DNA of 59,483 nucleotides from Alphaproteobacteria bacterium. GTDB lineage: Bacteria > Pseudomonadota > Alphaproteobacteria > RS24. The stretch lies in the NCBI GenBank assembly GCA_965656805.1, contig CBFHLW010000001.1, forward strand, positions 1 to 59,483. Reading direction: 5' to 3'. The position numbers and the translations under genes were made by a program. A model generated the notes under the pieces. It did not search any database. It was not told the DNA's origin and was given only the letters and a program-made list of their open reading frames with translations. Below, in pieces: positions 1-11,766 of the stretch (positions are counted from its first letter, which is position 1; each line of letters starts with the position of its first letter).

Positions 1-1135
1 TTGCCTGTCTTTCTGTTGTATAGGGTTCACCCAAACGCTGTAATATCTCAGGTGGAAAACCAGGCCCATCATCTTCAATCGTTATGATAATATCGGTTTC
101 TGAGTAAAAGGCTGAAATATTTACAGAGGTTTGCGCAAAATCTGTGGCATTTTCAATCAAATTGCCAACCCCATATATAATTTCAGGCCGACGGGGCACT
201 ACCGGCTCCTCATCCAATGTACCTGAAACATCCAACACAATTTCTCTGGCCCCGATATCGACTTCTTGGATCGCCTCATTGAGCATCTCACGCAGAGTTA
301 AACGCGAGATCAACACATCGCTCTGCGTGGTTTCGTCGGTCAAATGAGATAAAATTTGTCGACAGCGGAGGCTTTGCTGATAAAGCAGCTCCAAATCATT
401 GCGGACAGTCTCTTCAAGGCTTTCTTTCTGCAAAAGCTCTTTCGAAATAAGTGTAATAGTGCCTAGTGGCGTTCCTAATTGATGTGCGGCCGCTGCGGCA
501 AGCCCATCAAGTGCAGAGAGCCGCACCTCACGCTCTAAGACTTTCTCGGTCGCAGCGAGCGCGCGCGACATTCGTCGACGTTCATGAGAGACGCGCCAAA
601 TAAAGCCAGGCATAAAAACAATGCTTAGCATTAAACCAACCCATACCCCCGTGAGGTAAAGATCGGGCATTACAAGGCCCGGCACGAAGATTGGTGCCTC
701 TGAAAACCTCAAAAATGCTATTAATAACTGTCCAATCACCCCTAAGAAAAAAACGGATCGCGCCCGCAAAACTGTGGAGGCCATCGCAATGGGCGCCAAA
801 ATCATCACAGCGAACGGATTAGCAAGCCCGCCGGTTAGATATAAAAGCGCCGTAAGCTGAAAAAGATCATAACTAAAAAATATAATTGCTTGGCGGTCGG
901 TTAAAATATGGCTGATTGGATAGCGCAATAAGAGCCATAGATTGACGAAGACTGACGCAAGCACAAGCAGAAGCAGCTCCGCAATTGGTAGCGAAAACTG
1001 CAATACACTGTCTGTAATAAGTATCGCGATTAACTGGCCAACGACGGCAAGCCATCTTTGCTCAATATGAACACGTAGCCTAACCCCATGGTCGTCACCC
1101 AGCAGCGGTGTCGAAAATATACGTGCCCACCACAT
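1..1135 (-). CDS. regB: Sensor histidine kinase RegB/PrrB/ActS (redox-responsive); 3' end cut by the window edge
   Basis: Absent from the ORF track because it runs off the left edge. Manual minus-strand translation from ATG 1135..1133 gives MWWARIFSTPLL..., a multi-TM N-terminus. It contains GGLANPF (the RegB GGXXNPF quinone-site motif), H-box AAAAAHQLGTPLGTI, a conserved Cys in SLRCRQIL, N-box GNLIENA and G1 box DDGPGFP. Confidence 0.85.
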   Translation of the reverse strand, partial: MWWARIFSTPLLGDDHGVRLRVHIEQRWLAVVGQLIAILITDSVLQFSLPIAELLLLVLASVFVNLWLLLRYPISHILTDRQAIIFFSYDLFQLTALLYLTGGLANPFAVMILAPIAMASTVLRARSVFFLGVIGQLLIAFLRFSEAPIFVPGLVMPDLYLTGVWVGLMLSIVFMPGFIWRVSHERRRMSRALAATEKVLEREVRLSALDGLAAAAAHQLGTPLGTITLISKELLQKESLEETVRNDLELLYQQSLRCRQILSHLTDETTQSDVLISRLTLREMLNEAIQEVDIGAREIVLDVSGTLDEEPVVPRRPEIIYGVGNLIENATDFAQTSVNISAFYSETDIIITIEDDGPGFPPEILQRLGEPYTTERQA

Positions 1136-1136
1136 A

Positions 1137-1709
1137 TTAATTACGTTCAGCTAGAAGTCGTTCTTGTATTGAACGAAATCTATTCTCACGCGCCCAATCA
1201 AGTGCTGTGCGACCTGTGCGGTCGGTTTCATCCAAATCAGCGTCAACACTTAACAATAACCGCACCATCATCTCATCGCCCAAACGGGCGGCTGTAATTA
1301 ACGGCACCTCGCTACCAAAACCAGGTCGGTTCGGATTGGCTTTGTTTTGTAATAATACTTTAACTATAGCGGGGTGACCTCGCGCAACAGCTGCAGCTAA
1401 CGCCGTTTGCCCTTCTCCCGAACGCAAATTAACGTCAGCCCCTTTTTGAATCAGAAGTTGCACAGCCTTTAATTGCCCGGCATCGGCTGCAACAACGATG
1501 GGTGGCACCCGATCACGACCACGATCATTGACGCCAATACCGCTATCCATCGCCGCGACCATTGCCGCGAGATCACCCGCACGGGCACCTGCAATCAAGT
1601 CATTATCCTCTACGGCTGGCTTTCTTTGCGCTTCAGCTGGAGCAACCAAAATGAACATAAACGCGAAACTCGCGACAAAAAGTCCAACTGAAAAATGTCT
1701 AAAAGACAT
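1137..1709 (-). CDS. Secreted (signal-peptide) ankyrin-repeat protein
   Basis: 190 aa. N-terminal signal peptide FVASFAFMFILVAPAEA-Q. Several ANK-like repeats (GADVNLRSGEGQTALAAAVARGHPAIVKVLLQNKANPN; PLITAARLGDEMMVRLLLSVDADLDETDRTGRTAL). GAGGGGGAG Shine-Dalgarno before ATG 1709. Stop TAA 1139..1137 lies 1 nt before the regB ATG. Confidence 0.75.
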   Translation of the reverse strand: MSFRHFSVGLFVASFAFMFILVAPAEAQRKPAVEDNDLIAGARAGDLAAMVAAMDSGIGVNDRGRDRVPPIVVAADAGQLKAVQLLIQKGADVNLRSGEGQTALAAAVARGHPAIVKVLLQNKANPNRPGFGSEVPLITAARLGDEMMVRLLLSVDADLDETDRTGRTALDWARENRFRSIQERLLAERN

Positions 1710-1784
1710 ATACGTCTCCCCCTCAAAGAGTTACTCTCTTTTCCATAGCATGAAATATATTTTTTAATCAAAGGCAATAACATC

Positions 1785-2393
1785 ATGAAGAAATTACAAA
1801 TATCCATTCTCGCTATTTCTGCCCTCGGTATATTGATCATCTTAGGGTTGCTGACCAATGACTTAATGAAATCAAATCCAGAGCCAGAACAGGTCTCGGC
1901 CACGCCTATGCTGTCCATTGAATATGATCTGATCAATCAAGATAGCAAGCCAACCACTCAGCGTGATTTTGCAGGGCGCTATCAGCTCGTTTATTTTGGC
2001 TTTGCATTCTGCCCGGATATTTGTCCTTTCACACTCGATGTTATGAGTGAAGCGCTCAATCAAATTGGTGATCGGGCCGATATCATTCAGCCTATTTTTA
2101 TCTCACTTGATCCAGAGCGCGACACGCCTGCTGAACTTGCAACTTATATTGATAGCTTTTTTCCTGGCTTCATTGCCCTCACGGGAACAGACGCGCAAGT
2201 TGCGGCTGCAGCCAAAAGTTTTAAAGTTTATTTTCAAAGAGTGGACGATCCTAGCTCAGCTGGCGGTTATGTGATTGACCACTCGTCTATTGTTTACGTC
2301 ATTAACCCGGATGGCGATCTGGTCCATTTTTTTACGCACAAAGACACAGCAGAAGACATCGCGACAAAATTAAACGCCCTAGTCTCCGAATAA
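1785..2393 (+). CDS. senC: SCO1/SenC/PrrC family copper chaperone (thioredoxin fold)
   Basis: 202 aa with an N-terminal membrane anchor. CxxxC motif FCPDICP and downstream DHS motif (VIDHSSIVYVINPDG), both typical of SCO1/SenC. It is divergent from the regB operon, as in Rhodobacter. Confidence 0.85.
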   Translation: MKKLQISILAISALGILIILGLLTNDLMKSNPEPEQVSATPMLSIEYDLINQDSKPTTQRDFAGRYQLVYFGFAFCPDICPFTLDVMSEALNQIGDRADIIQPIFISLDPERDTPAELATYIDSFFPGFIALTGTDAQVAAAAKSFKVYFQRVDDPSSAGGYVIDHSSIVYVINPDGDLVHFFTHKDTAEDIATKLNALVSE

Positions 2394-4256
2394 CCAGTCA
2401 AACAACCCCCGGCGCTTTTGTGGAGCGCTTTCACCCAGGCCAATGGGGGCTGTGTCGGTAATTGATTGTTGCGCAACCATAAAATTATGCCAAATTTGAG
2501 CTGGCATAAAACCACCTGTCACGCGTTTCATCGGGGTCGCGTCATCATTTCCCACCCAAACGCCAACAATAAGATCGCCTGACATACCAACGAACCAGGC
2601 ATCACGCCAATTTTGCGTAGTACCGGTTTTGCCGCCAACCCGTAAACCCTTCACCCGCGCCGCGCGACCCGTGCCTCGCTCAACGGCGGCAACAAGCATG
2701 TCTTGAATTTTATTCACATTCTCTATGGATATTGCGGGAATGACAGAGCCCGCCACACGTTTATAGAGCTCATCACCGTTTGAACTAATCACATCTTCAA
2801 TGACATAAGGGAACGTCCTAAACCCATTATTAGCTATAGTGGCATAAACCGTCGTCAGCTCAAGCAAAGACACCTCAAACACACCCAATGCAATTGATGG
2901 ATGCGGGTAAAGATGGGACGTAATCCCTGTCCGACGCGCAACATCGATGACCCGCTCGCGGCCAGCCCGCTCGGTCACTTGGACGGCAACAGTATTGAGC
3001 GAATTTGCCAAAGCCTCTGTAAGAGACACATCACCATTATATTCGCCATTATAATTTTGAGGCGACCAATCCTCAATCGATATAGGCCCATCATGCATTA
3101 TTGTCATGGGCTCCATACCAGCCTCTAGACCAGCAAGATAAACAATTGGTTTAAAGGCAGAACCTGGCTGGCGCTTGGCTAAGACGGCCCGATTATATTG
3201 GCTTTGCGCATATGAGCGCCCACCAATTAAAGCACGAATAGCGCCTTGGGGTGTCATGACAACAACGGCAACCTGTTCCACGTTACGCTCTTCACCATAT
3301 TTATTCAAAACCTGCAAAGCCGCTTTCTCAGCGGCAACCTGCAAAACGGGATCAATGGTTGTGATAATATCAAGATCCGTCCGCGGACGACCAACAAAAT
3401 CTGGGAGCTGTTCCATCGCCCAATCAATTGCATAATGGGCTGTATCACTACTACGCGTTACAACACGGACTTGGGATAACGGATCTTCAGCAAGTGTCTC
3501 TTCGCTGATCGCCCCAATCTCATACATGGATTGCAAAACCAATTGAGCGCGCGCGCGCGCGCCATCGGGGTTGCGGGTTGGCGCTAGCCGTGATGGAGCT
3601 TTTAGCAGACCAGCTAAAATAGCAGACTCGCCAAGCGTTAACTCCTGAACAGGTCGTGCGAAATATGTTTCGGCGGCGGCGAAAATACCATACGCGCCCG
3701 ATCCAAAATAAACCCTATTCATATAAAGAGTGATAATATCTTCTTTGCTTAAAGTGGCTTCCATCCAAAACGACAAAAGCAACTCCTGCACTTTGCGTTT
3801 AATCGTACGCTCCGGCGTTAAGAAAACATTCTTGGCTAATTGTTGTGTAAGTGTCGAACCTCCAGCGACCAGGCCACCAGCACGAATATTGGCATAAACG
3901 GCGCGCGCTAACCCACGAATATCGATACCAAAATGATTATAAAAACGCCGGTCTTCTATCGCAATCACAGCCTGAACAAGGTGTGGGGGAAGATCACGAA
4001 ATAAAAGCGGGCGACCATTTAATCTCCCGCGACGAGCTAGCGGCTTATCATTCGCGCCATAAAACCGAAATTCTGGCTGGTTCTCCACCTGCCATAACTG
4101 ACGTGTATCGGGCAGGTCGAGTGCATAATAGCCAACAAGGCCGGCAAGCCCAATGCCCGCCCATAGGCCAATGAATGTCAGCCAATAAAGAACACGCCCA
4201 AACCCATTACGCTTAACAGTCGTTTTGGGGGTTTTCTTTTGCTTCGTCACGGCCAC
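2379..4256 (-). CDS. Class A penicillin-binding protein (GT51 glycosyltransferase + transpeptidase)
   Basis: 625 aa, GTG start, N-terminal TM helix. GT51 motifs EDRRFYNHFGID and GGSTLTQQLAKN. Transpeptidase motifs SAFKP, SLN and KTGTT. Its 3' end overlaps senC convergently by 15 bp. Confidence 0.85.
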   Translation of the reverse strand: MAVTKQKKTPKTTVKRNGFGRVLYWLTFIGLWAGIGLAGLVGYYALDLPDTRQLWQVENQPEFRFYGANDKPLARRGRLNGRPLLFRDLPPHLVQAVIAIEDRRFYNHFGIDIRGLARAVYANIRAGGLVAGGSTLTQQLAKNVFLTPERTIKRKVQELLLSFWMEATLSKEDIITLYMNRVYFGSGAYGIFAAAETYFARPVQELTLGESAILAGLLKAPSRLAPTRNPDGARARAQLVLQSMYEIGAISEETLAEDPLSQVRVVTRSSDTAHYAIDWAMEQLPDFVGRPRTDLDIITTIDPVLQVAAEKAALQVLNKYGEERNVEQVAVVVMTPQGAIRALIGGRSYAQSQYNRAVLAKRQPGSAFKPIVYLAGLEAGMEPMTIMHDGPISIEDWSPQNYNGEYNGDVSLTEALANSLNTVAVQVTERAGRERVIDVARRTGITSHLYPHPSIALGVFEVSLLELTTVYATIANNGFRTFPYVIEDVISSNGDELYKRVAGSVIPAISIENVNKIQDMLVAAVERGTGRAARVKGLRVGGKTGTTQNWRDAWFVGMSGDLIVGVWVGNDDATPMKRVTGGFMPAQIWHNFMVAQQSITDTAPIGLGESAPQKRRGLFDWLFGD

Positions 4257-4278
4257 GGTGGGCTAATCCTTCAACACA

Positions 4279-6711
<2,433 letters not shown>

Positions 6712-6717
6712 CTAACT

Positions 6718-7920
6718 TCAAATCTTCATATTTTGAGGTTGTAACATGCCATTGTCGACATCGACATAATAGGCATCCCCATTAAAAGCCGAGAAGCTAT
6801 GCCGCTCGGTACCTGTAATCCAAACCTGACCCCCCAAATGCTCAAGCACCTCAGCCAAGGCAGCACGCCGGTTAACGTCAAGATGCGCCGCCACCTCATC
6901 TAACAATAGTAATGGCACATCGCCACTTCTTGCGGCCACGCAATTTGCTTGAGCCAGTATCAGTCCAACCAAGAGCGCCTTTTGCTCACCTGTTGAGCAT
7001 TGCGCTGCCGGCATGTCTTTACCCGCATGATAGGCCAAAAAATCTGTGCGGTGTGGCCCTCGCAAGGTACGCCCGGCGGCGGCGTCTAGGTTTCGGTTAT
7101 CAACCAATGCTTGCCGAAACTGATCTTCCACCTCAAGCATAGATAAACTGCGCAGTGCAAGTTCGAGCTCTCCCTCAAGCCCAATACGCGCACGCGGAAA
7201 AGCATTTTCAGGCATCTCGCTCAGACCAGCGGCCAGTAAGTCAAGCGCATCTAGTCGTGCCAAAGCAATCGCTGTTCCCTGAACGGCCATTGTTTCTTCC
7301 AAACTATCAAGCCATGCGCCGATAGAGACCGTCACCCGATCCGCCAACAGTCGGTTGCGTTCGCGCATTGCCTTTTCATAGGATGCCAGCGCCGCGGTTA
7401 AAGATGGGTTTAATGTTATCGCAAATCGATCAAGAAACTTCCGGCGCCCAGAAGCGCTCTCAACAAAGAGCCGATCCATAGCAGGGGTCAACCATAATTG
7501 TGGCAGATGGGCGGATAAAGCCTCAAAGCTTTTCCGAACATCACCATCCATATGCAAAATGCGGCCCCCGTCCCCCTGATAACTCACACGCACCTTGCTT
7601 TCACCAAATGGCAAAGCAATATCGGCACCAATTGCCCAACCGGCATTGGTGCCTTTAGAGGTTAGTTCAGCAAATTGTGATCCACGTAAACCGCGCCCTT
7701 GACCCAGCAAGCTCACAGCCTCAAGAATATTTGTTTTGCCCATACCATTGGCCCCAATGAGAATATTGAGCTGAGCACCAAAGGGACAGGCGGCCTCGAT
7801 ATAATTTCTAAAATTTTGCAATCTTAAAGCCGTAATGTGAGGCATCCGCGGAACAATAGCGGCCGGCACCGTGTTTTCTTGTGCCGCCATTTTCTGCTTA
7901 TGCCCCAGCGTTTCTCGCAC
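6718..7920 (-). CDS. recF: DNA replication/repair protein RecF
   Basis: LRLQNFRNY N-terminal motif, Walker A GANGMGKTNILEA, C-terminal LLLDEVAAHLD. The ORF begins at GTG 7920, adjacent to the dnaN stop. Alternative ATG starts at 7890 and 7845 (MPHITALRLQNFRNY) are plausible. Confidence 0.9.
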   Translation of the reverse strand: MRETLGHKQKMAAQENTVPAAIVPRMPHITALRLQNFRNYIEAACPFGAQLNILIGANGMGKTNILEAVSLLGQGRGLRGSQFAELTSKGTNAGWAIGADIALPFGESKVRVSYQGDGGRILHMDGDVRKSFEALSAHLPQLWLTPAMDRLFVESASGRRKFLDRFAITLNPSLTAALASYEKAMRERNRLLADRVTVSIGAWLDSLEETMAVQGTAIALARLDALDLLAAGLSEMPENAFPRARIGLEGELELALRSLSMLEVEDQFRQALVDNRNLDAAAGRTLRGPHRTDFLAYHAGKDMPAAQCSTGEQKALLVGLILAQANCVAARSGDVPLLLLDEVAAHLDVNRRAALAEVLEHLGGQVWITGTERHSFSAFNGDAYYVDVDNGMLQPQNMKI

Positions 7921-7921
7921 C

Positions 7922-9040
7922 TCAGACCCGCATCGGCATTAACACATAAAGCGCGTCTTTATCCGCAAGGTCACGCACAATGGTTGGCGAACCAGCGTCA
8001 GCCAGCTCCATAGATGCTGTCTCGCCTTCGATCTGCCCCATAATATCAAGCAAGTAACGGGCGTTAAAACCAATCTCTAAAGACGCAGCATCATAAGCAA
8101 CCGATAATTCATCAGAAGCGCTACCACCATCTGGGTTAGATACGCTAAACATAAGACGATCATTATCGAGCATCAATTTAACCGCACGCGACTTCTCGCT
8201 GGAAATTGCCGATACGCGATCAACGCTTTGCTTGAATGCGCGCACATCCACACTCAATGTCTTGTCATTGCTGCTTGGAATAACCCGGGTATAATCTGGA
8301 AACTTTCCATCAATCAGCTTTGAGGTCAAAACAATTGACTCGAAGGCAAAATTAATGCGCGTATCAGAGAGCTGAACGCTCACTTCGCCACCAGCTTCTT
8401 CGAGGAGCTTTTGTGTTTCATTCACTGTCTTACGGGGAACAATAATCGACGGCATGCCGGCCGCGCCGACAGGTTGATTAATTTGTGCCTGAGCTAAACG
8501 GTGGCCATCTGTTGCCACAGCGCGCAAAAGACCGCGACCACCTTCTTCAACCGTATGCAGGTAAATCCCATTTAAATAATAGCGTGTCTCTTCGGAAGAA
8601 ATAGCAAAGCGTGTCCGATCGATGAGAGATTGTAATTGTTCAGCAGGCAGAGCAAAAGTAACCGGCATTTCGTCTTGCGACATGGCGGGAAAGTCATCCT
8701 TGGGCAAAGTTTGCAATGTGAAGTGCGACGGCCCCGAACTCAAATTCAGGCGCCCCGCATCCGCATCAAGCGATAGCTCAACCTGGGCACCATCGGCCAG
8801 CTTCCGAACAATATCATAAAGCATATGCGCTGGCGCGGTGACGGCACCTTCTTGATGCACATCAGCCTCAATTTTCTCACGGATCTCAATTTCCAGATCT
8901 GTTGCTGTCAATGACAAGGAGCCGCCCTGGGCTTGCAAAAGAACATTGGACAAAATCGGAATTGTATTGCGGCGCTCGACCACACTTTGCACGTGATTTA
9001 ACGCTTTGAGTAATGCACTTTTTTCAATAATCGTCCGCAT
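7922..9040 (-). CDS. dnaN: DNA polymerase III beta sliding clamp
   Basis: MRTIIEKSALLKALNHVQSVVERRNTIPILSNVLL is a typical DnaN N-terminus. I chose ATG 9040, which has a GGAGAG SD, over the ORF-track start at 9064. Confidence 0.95.
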   Translation of the reverse strand: MRTIIEKSALLKALNHVQSVVERRNTIPILSNVLLQAQGGSLSLTATDLEIEIREKIEADVHQEGAVTAPAHMLYDIVRKLADGAQVELSLDADAGRLNLSSGPSHFTLQTLPKDDFPAMSQDEMPVTFALPAEQLQSLIDRTRFAISSEETRYYLNGIYLHTVEEGGRGLLRAVATDGHRLAQAQINQPVGAAGMPSIIVPRKTVNETQKLLEEAGGEVSVQLSDTRINFAFESIVLTSKLIDGKFPDYTRVIPSSNDKTLSVDVRAFKQSVDRVSAISSEKSRAVKLMLDNDRLMFSVSNPDGGSASDELSVAYDAASLEIGFNARYLLDIMGQIEGETASMELADAGSPTIVRDLADKDALYVLMPMRV

Positions 9041-9095
9041 GATGCTCTCTCCAATTTGCCACAAGCACTTTTGTATCGCTCTGGCTTAGATTTTA

Positions 9096-9220
9096 TGTGG
9101 TTATTAATGTGCAAACCAAGTTTTGCAAACCAATTAACCTCATGTGGACTTAGTCATCATGCCTTATCATCCACACACAATACCTGACTGCGCGCTTGTG
9201 CATAACGAATCATATCCACA
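9096..9220. promoter_or_regulatory. Cluster of DnaA-box-like 9-mers in the dnaA-dnaN intergenic region
   Basis: Compared with TTATCCACA: TCATCCACA 9167..9175 (8/9), ATATCCACA 9212..9220 (8/9), ATAACCACA on the minus strand at 9096..9104 (7/9), and weak AAGTCCACA on the minus strand at 9143..9151 (6/9). GANTC site GAATC 9207..9211 abuts the 9212 box; a second GAATC is at 9241..9245. Confidence 0.5.
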
Positions 9221-9291
9221 AAGTGGCTTAAACTATAACAGAATCTAATCCGTTTGTTGAACCGTTTTGGCGAAAACAGAGGCTTTTTTGT

Positions 9292-10764
9292 TTAATTTTC
9301 AAGCATCCGACGCAAGAGATCCACATCTTCGTCTAATGCAGGGTCCTCGCCACGGAGTTGATCAATTTTTTTAACGGCATGAATAACTGTTGTGTGATCG
9401 CGGCCACCAAATTTACGTCCAATTTCTGGCAAAGACCGAGTGGTCAATTGCTTAGACAAATACATTGCAATTTGGCGCGGACGGGCAACAGTTCGAGCAC
9501 GACGCGCAGACAGCATATCGCCAATTCGAACGTTAAAATACTCGGCAACCCGACGCTGAATCTCATCAATCGTCACACGACGTTCAGACGCCCGCAGCAG
9601 GTCGCGCAAAACATCCTGCGCAACCTCAAGCGTAATCGCACAGCCAACAAAAGATGAATAAGCAACAATACGGTTCAGGGCGCCTTCAAGCTCCCGAACA
9701 TTATTGGTTATTCTCTGCGCCAAAAACTCCAATACACCCTTGGGAACTGTTGCGTGGTCACCGCGCGCCATTAAGGCATCGGCTTTTGCCTGAAGAATGC
9801 CCAGACGTAATTCGTAATCAGTCGGATGAATATCGGCAACTAAACCCCAGCCAAGGCGCGAACGAATACGTTCTTCAATGCCCTGAAGATCAGATGGTGA
9901 GCGATCGGCTGAAATAATAACCTGGCGATTATGGTCAATTAAGGCATTAAAAGTATGGAAAAACTCTTCTTGTGTAGAATCCTTACCCGCAATGAATTGG
10001 ATATCGTCAATCATCAAAACGTCGACTTCACGGAACTGCTGCTTAAAGGCCATTGTGTCTTTAAAACGCAATGCGCGGACAAATTGATACATGAACTTTT
10101 CAGCCGATAAATACAAAATCGTAGAATCTGGCCGCAATTTATTAATTTCCCAAGCAATAGCGTGCATTAAGTGGGTTTTGCCAAGCCCAACACCGCCATA
10201 TAAAAACAACGGATTAAAGACAACGCCGCTATCTTCCGCCAAACGCCGTGCGGCAGCATGAGCAAGCTCATTAGACTTGCCGACTATGAAATTATCAAAC
10301 GTAAAACGTGGATCAAGTGGCGCTCCCATATCTGGACGCTTAATCGGCGCACGCTCAACTGGCGCAGCCGCTGTCGGACGGCTCGTGAAATTTGGCAAAC
10401 GACTTGGTGGGGCTGTTTGCACGCGTGTCTGAGCCGCTTGGGGAACATATTCAGGCTGAAGATCAATATCAATCCGCTTCACAGTCTCATCTTCAATGCG
10501 CCAATACTCCAAAATACGATTGAGGTAATGCGCCTCGATCCAGCTTCTGACAAAACGCGTCGGCACTTGCAGTGTTATCCGCCCACGGGCACGTCCTTGA
10601 ACCGTCAAAAGCTTGAACCAACTGTTAAAAGTTGCCTCACCAAGTTCAGCACGCAAACGCGACTTCACCTTGTGCCATTGCATTTCGAGCAAGCGCAACT
10701 CTGGATTTTCAATTTCAACTTTTTCGGAACCGCCCTCAGCGCCTACTTCTTGTTCATTTTCCAT
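9292..10764 (-). CDS. dnaA: Chromosomal replication initiator DnaA
   Basis: 490 aa. AAA+ Walker A GGVGLGKTHLMHA, Walker B LMIDDIQF, and the C-terminal DNA-binding motif GRKFGGRDHTTVIHAVKKI. Confidence 0.97.
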   Translation of the reverse strand: MENEQEVGAEGGSEKVEIENPELRLLEMQWHKVKSRLRAELGEATFNSWFKLLTVQGRARGRITLQVPTRFVRSWIEAHYLNRILEYWRIEDETVKRIDIDLQPEYVPQAAQTRVQTAPPSRLPNFTSRPTAAAPVERAPIKRPDMGAPLDPRFTFDNFIVGKSNELAHAAARRLAEDSGVVFNPLFLYGGVGLGKTHLMHAIAWEINKLRPDSTILYLSAEKFMYQFVRALRFKDTMAFKQQFREVDVLMIDDIQFIAGKDSTQEEFFHTFNALIDHNRQVIISADRSPSDLQGIEERIRSRLGWGLVADIHPTDYELRLGILQAKADALMARGDHATVPKGVLEFLAQRITNNVRELEGALNRIVAYSSFVGCAITLEVAQDVLRDLLRASERRVTIDEIQRRVAEYFNVRIGDMLSARRARTVARPRQIAMYLSKQLTTRSLPEIGRKFGGRDHTTVIHAVKKIDQLRGEDPALDEDVDLLRRMLEN

Positions 10765-10829
10765 ATGCCAGATATTCCAACTCTCTAACTGTTTTAATGC
10801 TCAATGCCCCGTAACACAGATCTCAGCAA

Positions 10830-11285
10830 TCACATTTGTTTCCATGGCAAGCCGTCGGCTTTCCATCCATTTATAACGCCCCGATGTCCATTAGCATCGA
10901 CATCACCCTCAAAACCACCAGCAATATTAAACACCAACGTATATCCTAATGTCACCGCGTATTGGGCTGCAGCCATAGACCGCGCGCCGGAGCGACATAA
11001 CATAAAAATAGGCGTCGTTTTATCGGGAATGCCTTGCTGCAAAGCAGTCCCAAAATAGTCATTCAAACTCATCGTCGGATAAGTTTGCCATTCAATCTTA
11101 AAGAAACAATCCGCAGGTACGTCCGGCAGACCGACAAATTGCCATTCGGCAACGGTACGGACATCAACAATAGCCCCACCCGACCTATTTTCATCGCGGT
11201 GCGCAATTGCACCACAAGCGGTCATAGGTGTTACATGTCCAGAAAACCCATCGTAAGGTATATCAAGCAAATTAACGTCGACCAT
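10830..11285 (-). CDS. Rhodanese-like sulfurtransferase domain protein
   Basis: Active-site loop CRSGARS (CxxGxR) and a rhodanese fold context (IVDVRTVAEW...). I prefer ATG 11285 (MVDVNLL) to the ORF-track start at 11366. The stop is only 65 bp upstream of dnaA on the same strand. Confidence 0.75.
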   Translation of the reverse strand: MVDVNLLDIPYDGFSGHVTPMTACGAIAHRDENRSGGAIVDVRTVAEWQFVGLPDVPADCFFKIEWQTYPTMSLNDYFGTALQQGIPDKTTPIFMLCRSGARSMAAAQYAVTLGYTLVFNIAGGFEGDVDANGHRGVINGWKADGLPWKQM

Positions 11286-11737
11286 TGTGCTTTTATACCT
11301 TTCAAAACTTATTAAATATGTCGAGCAAATAAACTCAACACCGAGACATTTTTTGACCAATAACACAGGAAAGGGTGTTACCTTAAGCCATTGATTAACT
11401 TAAGATATTTCGCACGCGTTAGAGCAAATTAGGTTTCTGCGCTTGGCAGTGCCCTAGTATAATTTCAGGTGAGCGCGTAATGCAATAGGAAGGAAACGAG
11501 AACATAGAATGTTTTTTTTTCAAAGGCACGGTCTATACAAAAAATTGCATTAAATTCGGTTACTTGCGGAATAATAAAAATTACAATTTTTTTTTAATAT
11601 TTTTCATTTCCCAATAAATGCATCTTCATTTTTTAAAATACCATCTCCTCAAGAGGCTTCAGACGAATTTTTAAAATAGAAATCCACTTACAAAAGAATT
11701 TTTATTTGTAACCATTCTGCAGAATTAGCTGAAGGGC

Positions 11738-11766
11738 ACAAAAAAACCCTCCTTAAAAGGAGGGTT
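11738..11766 (-). terminator. Rho-independent terminator downstream of rpsT
   Basis: Minus-strand RNA: AACCCUCC-UUUUAA-GGAGGGUU (8-bp stem, 11745..11766) followed by a U7 run (plus-strand A-run 11740..11746). Confidence 0.7.

Noticed and set aside
1-2393. Apparent absence of regA/actR next to regB-senC
   Set aside because: regB is truncated by the left window edge, and the response regulator could lie just downstream of it outside the window, as in actS-actR operons. Its absence cannot be concluded.
3547-3560. A (GC)7 alternating tract inside the PBP gene and a (GC)6 tract at 31535..31546 inside truB, considered as possible slippage or phase-variation repeats
   Set aside because: Both simply encode Ala-Arg-Ala-Arg stretches in frame within conserved housekeeping genes. 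The tracts are short, and nothing suggests that contingency-locus behaviour would be tolerated in such genes.
10258-10788. A 176-aa plus-strand ORF antisense to dnaA; similar antisense ORFs at 17616..18119 (coaBC), 14430..14867 (ubiE), 12432..12836 (crotonase) and 57110..57457 (mutS)
   Set aside because: All are nested in confidently identified genes on the opposite strand. None has a recognisable domain or a plausible SD and start context.
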